Assembly: GCF_009914755.1 (NCBI RefSeq)
Contig: NC_060928.1
Length of the DNA stretch: 64,000 bases
Strand: one strand, 5' to 3'
Origin: the human T2T-CHM13v2.0 reference genome, Homo sapiens
Part shown: positions 26,790-41,379 of the stretch, in pieces
How positions within the stretch are numbered: position 1 is the first letter of the stretch
Layout of the letters: every line of letters starts with the position of its first letter
Notes under the pieces: model-generated
Told to the model about the DNA's origin: nothing
Databases searched by the model: none
What the model saw: only the letters and a program-made list of their open reading frames with translations
Program-made: the position numbers and the translations under genes

Positions 26790-27727
26790 CACCAAGTCAG
26801 ATCTCTTTCACAGACTCCTGACTCAGACTTCCTGACATTTCCATTGAGATTTCTAATAGATATATGAAACTCAAATGTCCAAGATGAACATCTAAACTCC
26901 CCCCATACCCAAATATCAGCTCCAAATTTAGCTTTCCCCATTTCAGTTGATAATAACCCATCCTTCCAGGGGCTCATGCCAAAACTCTGGTCTCCTCCCT
27001 AACTCTTCACTCTCACATGCCAAAAACAATTCATTAGAAAATCCAAACTCTTGTGCCATGGCAAACTACCTAAACAGAGTGGTCCTTCTAAAATTTAAGT
27101 CAGATCATGTGACTCCTCCCTTCATAAGCTTTCAAAACGTCTTCCTATTTCACATAGAATAAAAGCTAAAGTCACCATGGTAACCCATAAAGACTCCTTC
27201 CTCTGCTTCTCTGACATTCTCAAATTTCGGCTAACTTTATGCTAGCCTCAGTGGCTCTTTTGCAGTCTCTTGATCATACCAGGATGGCAGATGAGCTCCC
27301 ACCGTAAGGAGTTGCTCTAGCTATTCCTTCAGCCAAGATCACTCTTATCCCAAATATCTACTTGGCCAAATACTCAGCTCCTTCAACTCATTGCTCAAAT
27401 CTTTCCTTCTCAATAAGTCCTACCCAGACTATCCTACTTAATATTACAAACTGCCCCTACCCACTACCCCTGACACACTCAATCATCTTACACATCTCTA
27501 GTATTTAAAAAAAATTCTGGAGCACCAAACACTTTCTAACACATTATATAATTTACTTGCTTATTGTGTATGGTTTGTTTTCCACCCCCCACAATAGAAC
27601 ATAGTCACATGAGGGCAGATATTTTTGTCTTTGTCCTCTTTGTTCGCATATGCATGCTAAGTGCCTAGAAGAGCATCTGGCACCTAGTAGAAACTCAGAA
27701 TATAATCAGTAAATAAACAAATGAACA
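26790..27727 (+). mobile_element. L2a 3' portion
   Basis: aagtcagatcatgtgactcctc...gtgcctagaagagcatctggcacctagtagaaactcag...aaatgaac. Confidence 0.85.
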
Positions 27728-27729
27728 TA

Positions 27730-29830
27730 CTCATCTTTTTAATCCCTCTGCTCCCATGTGGATTGGTCGGTCGCTCTCTGTCTGGTCCATAGCTGTACAC
27801 ATGAGATCTCCCTTCAGGATCCTCCTGGAGATTCTTTTTGTCTCTTGCCAAAGCTGAAACACCTATTTCCCGTATTCCCTTTCTTGGCTTACTTTCTTAT
27901 TTGGATACAGCACATCCTCCTATAGCTTCTTAATAAATGGTGTGGGGAAGGCACATTTTTTGAGACTTTACATATATAAAAATGTCTTTATTTTATCCTT
28001 CTGTTGATTTGGCAGTTTGATTCATTATACAATCCTACGTTGGAAATAATATCTTTTCAGAATTTTTTTCTGCTTGCTCCAGTGTTTCTGTTGAGATATC
28101 CAAATCATTGTGATGCCTGATCTTTTGTATGTGATTTGTTTCTCTCTCTGAAAGTCAGTAGAATATTTTTGTTTCACTGTTCTGATATTTCAGAATCATG
28201 AGCCTTGGTGTGGATATATTTTCATCCAATATTCTGGGTTTTTAGTGGATCCTTTCATTCTGGCAATTCACATCTTTCAGTCCTGGGAAGATTCTTCTAT
28301 AATTATTTTAAGGATTTCACCCATTGTTTTTTCTGTTCTCTCTTTCTGAATCCTCTACTATTCATATTTTAGACTTTCTAGATTGGTTTCTGCTTCTGTT
28401 TTCTTGTATGCCCAATTTACTATCTGGTAGTCTTTTTCTTCTAATTTCTTGGAGATGTCCTCAACATTGTCCTCCAACCTTTTATTGTGTTTTCACTTTC
28501 CCATAATATTTTTAATTTCTAAGAGCTCTTTAAGTTCTCTGAATTTTTCTTTTTTATTCCATTCTTTTCTTATTTACATTTTCGTTTATCTGTTGGTTGG
28601 TTTTTTGTTTTTTTTTTAATCGTCTACGTTAAAGCCTTCCCCGGGTATCTATTACTATTTGGCAATCAGTTTGTGATAAAGAGTGCAGGACTAAAATGCT
28701 GATTGGAATTTCAGAGCACATGGGTAGGGTTTGTAGATGTGGGGTATTATTGTGAAGTAACCTTTGGGAGTTGATATGTTTGGCTGTGTCAGCACCCAAA
28801 TCTCATCTTCAATTGTAGTTCCCATAATTCCCGCGTGTCGTGGGAGGGACCCAGTGGGTGGTAATTGAATCATGGGGGCATTAACCCCCATGCTGCTGTT
28901 CTTGTGATAGTGAGTGAGTTCTCATGAGATCTGATGGTTTTACAGGGGGCTTTTCCCCCTTTTGCTTGGCACTTCTCCTTGCTGCCATCATGTGGAGAAG
29001 GACATGTTTTCTTCCGCTTCTGTCATTATTATAAGTTTTCTGAGGCCTCCCCAGCCATGCAGAACTGTGAGTCAATTAAACCTCTTTCCTTTATAAATAA
29101 CCCAGTCTCAGGCAGTCCTTCATGGAAGCGTGAGAAAGGACTAATATAGGAGCCTTCTTGGAGAAAAACTCCAAAGTCAATATTATTAAATCTTTTCTCT
29201 TGCATTGGTCAAGTTCCCCAGAGAAGTGTCTTCCATCTCCTTCCCAGAGGGTAGGAATCTGGCTGCCAACTTTCCAGGAGGGGAGTATCTGTATATTCAG
29301 CATCTATTTTGCATAAGGTCATTTAATCCCTCTTTGTTGTATAAGATCTCATCATCTCCATTTAGAGTCCCTCCTTTATACCTTTTGCACAGAACACAAT
29401 TCCAAATTTCTGCCAGGTGGGAGAAGGGCAGTTGCCAGCAGCATGTGGTGGGTGAAGGACTCTAGGGATCTAAATGCCTTGTAAACAGCTTTCACTCAGC
29501 CCTCTTTATTTCAGGCTCCAAACCAATCTCCAGTTTCAGAAGTACCTGACACTACTGTCCTATACTTTTTGAGGATTTTTTTTAACCTTTGTCTGGTTCC
29601 ATTATCCCTGAAGTTAATATGGTTTTGGGTTTCCTGGGTCTGGTATATCAGTAATTATTTGTATATCTGCTATGCAGGATCCTAAAAATTATTATAATTT
29701 TCTCCTTTCCTGTTGTCCCATTATCAGTTTACATCTCTTAAAAAAATACATTCAATAGCCTTAATGGGGTTTTAGCAAGGGTGAAGTTAAAATTAAATGC
29801 ATGTATTTAATCTTCCATCTTAACCTGAAG
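27730..29830 (-). mobile_element. Ancient L1/HAL1 5'/ORF1 remnant, interrupted by a THE1 LTR
   Basis: ttttgagacttta...aaaatgtctttatttt, gttggaaataatatcttttcagaattt, ccttggtgtgga. Confidence 0.5.
28772..29148 (+). mobile_element. THE1 (C/D-type) solo LTR
   Basis: tgatatgtttggctgtgtc...gaactgtgagtcaattaaacc...ggactaatata; 5-bp target-site duplication ggagt/ggagc. Confidence 0.92.
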
Positions 29831-31191
29831 CCCTTTTTGTTCTTTGCTTGTGTATTTCAAATGTGGATTTATGGAATGGGGTGGGGTGGAGGATTAACCA
29901 TGAGCTTAATCTGCCACCTTGAATCATAATCAAAATTTTAAACTTTAAATTGCAATTGTAACTTTCTTCTAAGTGTTTTGAATTAAAAGGCACATATTTT
30001 TATTTAAGATGCAAGTTCTAAGTCAGTGCTGTGGATAAAATGTTGAACTTCATAACTAGGCAACATTAGTTGCATAACTAGCTAGTATTTGTACTATTCT
30101 TAGTATATTTCATATTCTTAGTGTTCTCTGTATTCTTAGCAGTCAGTGCCAGAGTAAATTCCTAGAGCCAAAGAAAAATGCTTAATCATGACATTGTCAT
30201 CCTATATAATATTATATTGAATACACTTCAGGGTTAAGGATGTGATTCAAGGTTGATAAATATACTGGGTAAGTTTTAAAGTACTCTTGTGAAAGTCACA
30301 TAAGTACCTGAACTCATTTAAGTCAACCCAAAACAAAAAACTACAGCAGTCAACAATCCATTCTTTTGCTTTCACGTGAGCAAATTTTTCTCACTTTGGA
30401 GTGATTCGTTTTAACTTGAAAATTAATTGTAGACTTTAAATATTGAGAAAATTTGTATTTTCTTCTGACTCTACTAATGAATATGAAGAGAAACCGAGGT
30501 ACATTGGCTCCATAACTGATATTTTAAATTTTGTATGTTGACCTGCCTCGGATGGTAGTCATATTATAGGTACTTATAGCACCTAACTCATTGCTGCTGC
30601 AGCAAAGTTTATTTAAAAAATCTAAACAAACATTGTTTTAACTTGAATGTACCTTCTAAAAATGAAACACACAATAGTAAGTTGTAAAAAATATTCAATT
30701 CTGTAAAGAACAACACCACATTTTTTGTCAGAAATTATGAAATTTGATCCTCTTGGCAAGTGGCATAAATAATTTAATTTTAATTGTGCCTACCCTCAAT
30801 AGCTGATAGCTGCCTTCTTTTCATAAATCAATAGATTGCTGTTATTTTTGTGACTTTTTCTTTTAAAAATGGAATGAAGAGAAAAAACTGAAATGTTTCC
30901 CTGACAACAAATACAGTCTTTCATCTCTGTTTGAAGGATGTCTTGCTTCTGTACCTAGTCAAATTACAGTGCAGTTGAGTATTGTCCTTTTTAGAGCCCA
31001 AAATTACGTTTTGTAATTATTTTTAGTCTCTCACAAAAGCTAGAATTTATACAAAGACACAATGATAGGGAATTTATCACCCAGTAGCAAAGGCATTTCT
31101 CTTAGACTGAGGAAATGGAATATTTAACTTATTCCTAAATTGAATAAGTATTAGAGTAGTGTTCAAGAGTGCAGTCACAGGCTCTGAAGTT

Positions 31192-31310
31192 ATTCATTCA
31201 ACAAATATATATTAAGCACCTACAATGTGTCTGCTGGCACTGTGGTTGTCACTAAGGATATAATGGTGAGCAAAGATGGACAATGATCTCACAGAGTTTC
31301 TAGTCCCCAA
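31192..31310 (-). mobile_element. LINE-2 terminal fragment
   Basis: attcattcaacaaatatatattaagcacctacaatgtgt. Confidence 0.75.
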
Positions 31311-31462
31311 GGTGTTGAAACGGTGGACTGTGTTCTGTTCTGTTGTGTTTTTGTTGTTATTGTTGTTTGATTTAAATTGAAATGCCTGGCAGTGCCTTGT
31401 ACTCTGTAGTTTGGCCACAGTACCTGCAACTCCCTTTATATCATACATAAAAGCTTCAGACA

Positions 31463-31762
<300 letters not shown>

Positions 31763-31779
31763 TTATGTTTTCTGCCTAA

Positions 31780-32005
31780 ACTCTGTAGGCGTTAGGCTTC
31801 GTCAGACCAATCTGGTTTTAAACCCCAATTCTGCCATTCACTGTGTGACTCTGAGCAAGTTAATTTACCATTCTAAACCTCAGTTTTCTTCTCTTAAAAG
31901 GAGAATAAAAGCAACACCTACTTTAAAGAGTTATTGAGGGTAAAAATAAGAAAATATATAAAGCCCTTTGCACAGTGACTAGAACATAGACCCCTAGTAT
32001 TATTA
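31780..32005 (+). mobile_element. MIR SINE
   Basis: ctgtgtgactctgagcaagttaatttacc...cctcagttttctt...gcacagtgact. Confidence 0.8.
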
Positions 32006-33300
32006 TAGGTATTACATTCTTAGTTCGATCATGAACAGAAACAGTATATTGTCTTTTTAAAATAATGATAAACCTTTAAAAATTATATAAAATTCAAGTA
32101 ATGTCTAAATACAATGTCTCATCTTTCGTTTCTATTTTACTGATCATATGGTAAAAAGGGCTATTTTGCCTAAAACATTTTGATAATGATCTAGAGAAGT
32201 TCAGGAGAAATATTGAGGCACCTAACGTATCATAATATTTGTGCCTACTGACTACATTTGTTTCCTCCAGGGTAGAACAGTAGCTATAACCCATGCTCCC
32301 TAGTTCAATTTGTCAAGCTCTAAAAACATTTTTCAAACTAATAATGACTGAGCAGATGGAAAGCGCTTATGTAGTGTCTGGTTTGCAGGGAGTTTTGTCT
32401 AAGAAGCTTTCAAAAATTATTTTATTTCACCCTTACATCATTCCTTTGAAATGTTAAGGGAGGACTTCAAACTTAATCTTGTACAAAACAAATCACAAGT
32501 CATGGAGAGGCTAACTGGCTTTGACTGTGCTTGAAAAATAATGGGCAGAACTTGACACCCACCACCACTCCATTCATAAGACCGGGCTGTCTCCACTGAG
32601 AGCAGAGAAAGTGACTTTGATTCTGGAATGCAGATATGCAATTATTACCTAACACTACATCATTCATTCATTTTACTGAATAAATATTTATTGAAGCCTT
32701 ACTATGTACCGAAGTTCAAGATGCTTGAGATATAAGGGCCAAAAAGAAAGAAAAGGTCCCTGTTCTTATAGAACTTATAACTTGTTAGTGAAGAGAGATG
32801 GAAATAATCAAGCACATTAATACATGCACAGGTTAATTACAGATGATGAAAAGAGCTTCGAAGAAAACAAAACATAAGACCATAAAAGAGTGGCTGGCTG
32901 GAGAAAATAAACATTAGATACAGCAAAGAAATTCTCTCTGCAGAGCTGATATTTTAGCTGGGTAAGATCTGAATGAAGTGTAGAGTCCATGGAGGAGATG
33001 TCTGGATGCAGAGCATCCAAGACAAGGACCCACAGGCTAAAAAGATTTTGACACTTGCAGAAATTCAAAAGAACAGAAGGAAGACCAGTGTGCCTTTTTC
33101 ACTATCTCAGCTTCATTGGCCAGGAGCATTATGATCAAGGAGAGTGATAGGGATGAAGGAGAGATAAACAGGAAATGAATTGTCATGGGCCTCTTGGGTT
33201 GTTATACAGACTTTAGATCTTGTTCTAGTGACACTGAAAAAACCACTGGAAGGGTTTTCACAGGAGGATCTATGTGATCTGATCACTCTGGCTGTTACAT

Positions 33301-33302
<2 letters not shown>

Positions 33303-33339
<37 letters not shown>
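33303..33339. repeat. (GT)18 microsatellite
   Basis: Seen directly. Confidence 0.97.
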
Positions 33340-33340
<1 letters not shown>

Positions 33341-33479
33341 ATGAACACCAGGAATGGAGAGGTGTGGAGGGGGTAGATAGTAAGAGTGGAAGCAGGGTGA
33401 GCTAAGAGCTGTGGTAAGAGCCTAGATAATACCAGCTTGGACAGACTGAGTAAAGAAAGTGAGAAGTGGGCTTAGATAT

Positions 33480-33813
33480 TGCAGCCTCTGGTTTTGCTCT
33501 CTTAAAATGTTGCCATGAGACCACCATGTAAGAAAGCCAATCTAGCTTACTACAGGATGAGGAGTCATCTAAAAGAAAAGAGAAGAAACCAAGGCACTCC
33601 AGCTGACAGCTGGCACCTGCTGGTGAACTTGTGAATGAAGCCTTCTTGGTCTTCCAGCCTAGCTAACCTATCAGCTAAATTAGCCCCATGAGTGAGCCCA
33701 GCAGAACCTCCCAGCCAACCCACAGAATTGTGAGAAATAATACATTACTTTTTTAAAAAAGCTACTACATTTTGTTTTAGTTTGTTAAGTAGCAGTAGAT
33801 AGACAGCTGAAAC
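33480..33813 (+). mobile_element. MLT1G/H-type MaLR LTR fragment
   Basis: ccaccatgtaagaaagccaa...cccagccaacccacagaattgtgagaaataata...gctgaaaca. Confidence 0.7.
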
Positions 33814-34604
33814 AAATTGTATCTGGAATGTGAGGGGTATAGAGGAATTAAGGATAGGTCTTATAATCTTAGCTTCAACAGTTGAGTCAAAAATAGTGCC
33901 ATTTACTGAGATGGAGCATACTGAGAAAGGAAAGGTTGAGGTAAAAAATCACAAGTTCTGTTTTGGCTAGTTTGAAAATGTCTGCTAGTCATACATTTAG
34001 AATTAAGAGATGTCAATAATGGGGATATAATTTTGAAAGCCATTAACATATAAATAGCATGTAAAGCCATGGGACTAGATGAGATCTTTAAGAACAGAAT
34101 GCGGGTAGTGAAGGGTAGAACTAGGACTGAGCCTGGGGTGCTCCAACTTTTGAAGTTTGGTTAGAAAAGGAAGAACTAACAAGAACAGCAACAAAGACAG
34201 AGACTGAGCCATGAATGTTTTGAATGCCAAAAAAAGAAGAATCTACAGGAACAATGACAAGGCAGAGAAGAAACATTTCCAGTGAGTAAGAGAAAATCCA
34301 GGAAAGAGAGTATGGCTCTGTGCAAGCCAAGCGAAGAGGGTGTTTGAAGAAAATGGACGTGATCAAATGCTGCTGGGATGCAGCAGAGAGACTACTGGAC
34401 CTGTCAACATGGCAGCCATTGGAACCATGAGCATCTGTGGTGGAGTGAAGACCGCCCTATAAACCACTCTCCCTCAAAACTTCACCATGCGGGGGAGCAG
34501 AGAAATGCAACAGGAGGAAGCCAGGGAGCTGTTACATCAGGAAAGTTTGTTTCGTTTGTAAGTTTTGTTGTCTTATTTTATTTTTAAACCCTCCTAGCCC
34601 CTAG

Positions 34605-34780
34605 TCATAGAATCATAAGCCCAGAGAGTTCCATACATTCCAGTTCAGCCCCTCAATTTACAGATTAGGAAACTGAAGAGACACAAAAAGGCAATTACCC
34701 TGTTCATAATCATACAATAAGTTATTGGCTTAGTTGCGGCTGACTACACACCAGATTTTCTGACCAACAACCTGTCCATT
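34605..34780 (-). mobile_element. MIR/MIR3 fragment
   Basis: cccctcaatttacagattaggaaactgaagagacac. Confidence 0.6.
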
Positions 34781-35539
34781 AAGGAGTAATTGATCCTATG
34801 AAAGGAGCTTCTCTGACAAGTACCAATGTCAATAATTATTGTATCTATATAGTCATTGGGTTATTATTTAAGGAAGTGCAGAGCTGCCCACCCATTACAC
34901 GAAAGGATCCTACAAATGCCTCTCTAATCTCATCTTTGCTTACAAGCCCCTTTCCACTAAAAGTATTACCCAGCAAAAGCCTGTTATAAGAAATAGCTAG
35001 CTCTCTCTAGGGTAAAAATTATTAAACATGGTGGGAATGCAAAGTAGTAATTTATTATACTCATCTACTTTTCTTTCCAAGACCCTGATTATTAGAGGGT
35101 AATCTAAGAATGTTAAACTTTTGTCTGAGAAGAAAGACTAAATAAAATTACTTAAGATAAAAGACGGGTTCATTACAATAGAAAAGTGTTTTATTCTCTT
35201 TTTATCCATAGCATTGTCAAAACAATGTGTTAAATATCACTATAAGAAATATATAACCTAAATACCAAACAAATAAGATAATAAAAACTTTTATAGCACC
35301 CTATACTGAGTATTTTCTGTAAAAACCTCATCTTCAGTGACGTATGTGGGCTGCCATTCTAGAGGGTCCTGGAAGCAGCCAAGGATTTGCCTTGGGTTTC
35401 TGCACTCCAGGGTGCTCTGTTCTCATTACATCAAGCAGCTAGAACAGACACGGCCAATATCTTTCAGAGATGAATGACCAGACTGTTCAGATATGCCTGA
35501 TATGGAGAATAAACAAGTCAAAGTTTCCTCCAAGTCCTC

Positions 35540-35908
35540 TGTTACAGACTGAATGCATGTCTTCTCAAAATTCATATGTTGAAGCCGTATTCCCCAATGT
35601 GGTTGTGTTTGGAATAAGGAAGTAATTAAGGTTAAATGAGGTCATAAGGGTCGGACCCAATCCAAAGGGAGTAGTTTCCTTATAAGAACAGGCACCAGAA
35701 AGTTCTCTCTCTCTCTCTCTGCCATGTGAGGACACAGCAAGAAGTTTGGTCACCTGCAAGCCAAGGAGAGAGCCCTTGCTAGGAAATGAATTAGTCAGCA
35801 CCTTGATTTAAACTTCCCAGCCTCCAGAACTGTGAGAAAATAAATTTCTGTTGTCTAAGCCAGCCAGACTGTGCTATTTTATTATGGAAGCCTGAGAAGA
35901 CTAAGACA
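35540..35908 (+). mobile_element. MLT1A0-type solo LTR
   Basis: tgttacagactgaatg...aaattcatatgttgaagcc...gactaagaca; target-site duplication tcctc/tcttc. Confidence 0.88.
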
Positions 35909-35970
35909 TCTTCCATGAGCATATGGGATGTAAGGATCTAAAACTGGAGCCAATCTCTAATCTTGACGTA

Positions 35971-36372
35971 ATTTATTTATTTTATTTTATTTCAATAGTT
36001 TTGGGGGTACAGGTGGTTTTTGGTTACATGGATAAGTTCTTTAGTGGTGAATTCTGAATTTTTGGTGCACCTGTCACACAAGCAGAATACACCGTACCCA
36101 GTATGTAGTCTTTTATCCCCCAACCCCTCCCACCTTTCCCCGTGAGTCTCCAAATCCATCATATCATATTTATGCCTTTGCATCCTCATAGCTTAGCTCT
36201 CACTTATAAGTGGGAATATGTAATATTTGTTTTTCTATTCCTGAGTTACTTCACTTAGAATAATGGCCTCCAGCTCCATCCAAGTTGCTGCCAAAAGCCA
36301 TTATTTCATTCCTTAGTATGGCTGAGTAGTATTCCATGGTGTATATATACCACATTTTCTTTATCCACTTGT
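35971..36372 (-). mobile_element. Short L1PB1-type 3' end
   Basis: tttcaatagttttgggggtacaggtggtttttggttacatggataagttc, same family as 1349-2935. Confidence 0.9.
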
Positions 36373-37041
36373 CAACCAGCATTTACTGAAAATCTAATAC
36401 ATTATAGATGCTGAGAGATACAAAAGTAAGTAAATAAGGTAGAAAGCCACCAGAATCTCACATTGTCTGTGTTTTCTGCTCACCCCCAGGCAACACTCAT
36501 CTAGTGCTTTCACCCAGGATCCTATTTCTTCTGATCCCGACCTCATCCTCAATATGTAGCATTTCTTGCACTCATCCTGAGCCACCCAAACACTTTTGTT
36601 ACTTCTTCCACACAGGATACCTTTTCTTTAAATAAAGTATTTATTTTGGATATGCTACCTTTAAATTTTTGTTTCACATTATCTCCCCTAGAGCAAAGAA
36701 AATCTTATTCAAGTCATTTAAAATATTAATTATTTTTCGGGAGACAACATGGTATGGAAAGACCATGGACTTTGGAGGCGCATAAACTAGAGTATGTAAT
36801 GCCAGCTCTTTCTTTCTGACCAGGTTTTTGCTTAAATTTTCCCTTCCTTTTGAAATGACTTCCAGTGCCTCCTTCTCCTTTACTGGTAGAGTTGCTTACT
36901 TTTAGACACTGTCAATGTGTCTGTTGGTGGCCATTGACTGGAGAGTTTTTGAGTATATTGTGTTTGCACTGTAGCCCTGTTTTTCCAACAGAAACCCAGA
37001 AAAAGAGATTGAGGTGGTGTAAACAAAATCTGATAGATCTA

Positions 37042-38980
37042 ATTATTTTTCTTTTTTTATTTTATTTTTTTAATTTTGATTTTATTTTATTTTATTTTCC
37101 CATAAGTTGTTGGGGTACAGGTGGTGTTTGGTTACATGAGTAATTTTTAAGTGATAATTTGTGAGATCCTAGTGCACCCATCACCTGAGCAGTATACACT
37201 GCACCATATATGTTGTCTTCTATCCCTTGCCCCCCTCACTCTTCCGCACAAGTCCCTAAAGGCCATTGTATCATTCTTATGCCTTTGGGTCCTCATAGAT
37301 TAGCTCCCACAGATTAGTGAGAACATATGATGTTTGATTTTCCATTGCTGAGTTAATTCACTTAGAATAATAGTCTTCAATCTTATCCAGGTCATTTCAA
37401 ATCCTGTTAATTCACTCCTTTTTATAGCTGAGTACTATTCTATCACATATATATATATATCACAGTTTCTTTATCCACTCGTTGATTGATGGGCATTTGG
37501 GTTGGTTCCACAATTTTGCCATTGAGAATTGTGCTGCCATAAACATGCATGTGCAAGTATCTTTTTCGAATAATGACTTCTTTTCCTCTGGGTAGATACC
37601 CAGTAGTGGGATTGCTGGATCAAATGGTAGTTCTATTTTCCATTCTTTAAGGAATCTCCACACTGTTTTCCATAGCGGCTGTACTAGTTTACATTCCCAC
37701 CAGCAGTGTACAAGTGTTCCCTGATCGCTGCATCCACACCAACATGTACTGTTTTTTGATTTTTTTATTATGGCCATTCTTGCAGGAGTAAAGTAGTATC
37801 ACACTGTGGTTTTGATTTGCATTTCCCTGATCATTACTGATGTTGAGCATTTTTTCATATGTTTGTTGGTCATTTGTATACCTTCTTTTGAGAATTGTCT
37901 ATTCATGTCCTTAGCCCACTTTTCGATGGGATTGTTGATTTATTTGAGTTTGTTGCAGATTCCGGATATTAGTCCTTTGTCAGATGTATAGATTGTGAAG
38001 ATTTTCTCCCACTCTACATGTTGTCTGTTTACTCTGCTGACTGTTCCTTTGCCGTGCAAAAGCTCTTTAGTTTAATTAAGTCCCAGCTATTTATCTTTGT
38101 TTTTATTGCATTTGCTTTTGGGTTCTTGGTCATGAAATCCTTGCCTAAGCCAAGGTCTAGAAGAGTTTTTCCAATGTTATCTTCCAGAATTTTTATAGTT
38201 TCAGGTCCTAGGTTTAAGTCCTTAATCCATCTTAGTTGATTTTTATATAAGGTGAGAGATGAGGATCCAGTTTCATTCTCCTACATGTGGCTAGCCAATT
38301 ATCCCAGCACCATTTGTTGTTGAAAGGTGTCCTTTCCCCACTTTGTTTTTGCTTACTTTGTTGAAGATCAGTTGGCTATAAGTATTTGGGTTAATTTCTG
38401 GGTTCTCTATTCTGTTCCACTGGTCTATGTGCCTATTTTTATACCAGTACCACACTGTTTTGGTGACTATGGCCTTATATTATATGTGAAATCATGTAGT
38501 GTGATGCCTCCAGATTTGTTCTTTTTGCTTAGTCTTGCTTTGGCTATGTGGGCTCTTTTTTGGTTTCATATGAATTCTCAAATTGTTTTTTCTAACTCTG
38601 TGAGGAATAATGGTGGTATTTTGATGGGGATTGCGTTGAATTTGTAGATTGCTTGTGGTGGAATGGTGATTTTCACAATATTGATACTACCCATCCATGA
38701 GTATGGGATGTGTTTCCATTTCTTTGTGTCATCTGTGATTTCTTTCCGCAGTGTTTTGTAGTTTTCCTTATAGAAGTCTTTCAACTCCTTTGTTAGGTAT
38801 ATTCCTAAGTATTTTTTTTTTTTGGAGGTATTGTAAAAGGGGTGGAGTTCTTGATGTGATTCTCTGCTTGGTCGCTGTTGGTGTATAGAAGAGCTACTGG
38901 TTTGTGTACATTAATCTTGTATCTGGAATCTGCTGAATGCTTTTATCAGTTCTAGGAGCTTTCTGGAGGAGTCCTTAGGA
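37042..38980 (-). mobile_element. 5'-truncated L1PB
   Basis: T-rich tail, L1PB 3'UTR, ORF2 fragments 37460..37777 and 38578..38784. Confidence 0.9.
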
Positions 38981-38982
38981 TT

Positions 38983-40475
<1,493 letters not shown>

Positions 40476-40984
40476 GCAAGTAAACACATACACACTAAGA
40501 ATATATTTTACTCATAATGAGTTGAAAATTGTATGAAGCCTCCAGGTCAGAGCACCAGAAATAAATGGGATAAGATCATAAACTTTTATGAAAATAGAAA
40601 CAAACTTTCTCTTTCATTTTCTATTTTGTCTTTATGTTTGCCTTCTCTGCCGTCACACACACACATACATTTTTAAATAGTAGCAAAAGTGAGTTAGAAA
40701 ATTCTATCCCTTAAGACGAGAATAGATGTTGTAAGATAATTACCTGAATTTTTTCTCAGTAATTAGAGATTTAAAATCAGTTTAAATTGCTTAAAATGCT
40801 TCCCACAAAAAAAGTCCTTAAAACACTAAGACACTAACACTACATTCTCTGAATATAAACAACTTTCTTAGCATGCAACTCATGGAGCTGCAGAATTTAT
40901 TTCTATATGAAAAGTCATAACCTAATCTCTATAATAATTTTGTATTTAATGTTCATTTAAAAAACTTGTAATCAAATAGTATAA

Positions 40985-41160
40985 CCCATAACTAGCAATT
41001 ATTGGATGTCTATGATGTGCTATGTGTTTTACACACTTAATTTACTTCTCACATCAAACTTACAACAACGTTACTATTGTCTTTATTTCATACACAAGGA
41101 AACAGAAGTTTTGAGAGATTAAGCAAAATGCCCAAGATCACAAAGTTAGTAAATGATTTA
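40985..41160 (-). mobile_element. MIR fragment
   Basis: caaggaaacagaagttttgagagattaagcaaaatgcccaagatcacaaagttagtaaatg. Confidence 0.7.
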
Positions 41161-41164
41161 ACTA

Positions 41165-41372
41165 TTTTCTTTTATCTCCAGCACTTAATAGCATCTAACA
41201 TTATATATTTATCGCTTATTTATTGTTTTTCTCCTATTACTAGATGGTATGTCTCATGAAGGCAAGAGTTCATGAGCTTTTTGTCTGCTTTGCTTATTGC
41301 TGTATCCATAGCTTCTAGAACACTGCCCATCATGGATAATGCTAAATAATTAGTGAAGAAAGCATGAAAAAA
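41165..41372 (+). mobile_element. LINE-2 terminal fragment
   Basis: ctcatgaaggcaagag...ttgctgtatccatagcttctagaacactgcc. Confidence 0.65.
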
Positions 41373-41379
41373 GAAAGCA

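Larger units (their letters stand above)
32660..34545 (-). mobile_element. L2a, interrupted by (TG)n and an MLT1 fragment
   Basis: tcattcattcatt...aaatatttattgaagccttactatgt; tgccatttactgagatgg; gccatgggactagatgagatc. Confidence 0.8.

Noticed and set aside
30494-30551. ccgaggta...tgcctcgg hairpin as a pre-miRNA or MITE
   Set aside because: Only ~8 bp of stem; the inner arms do not pair convincingly
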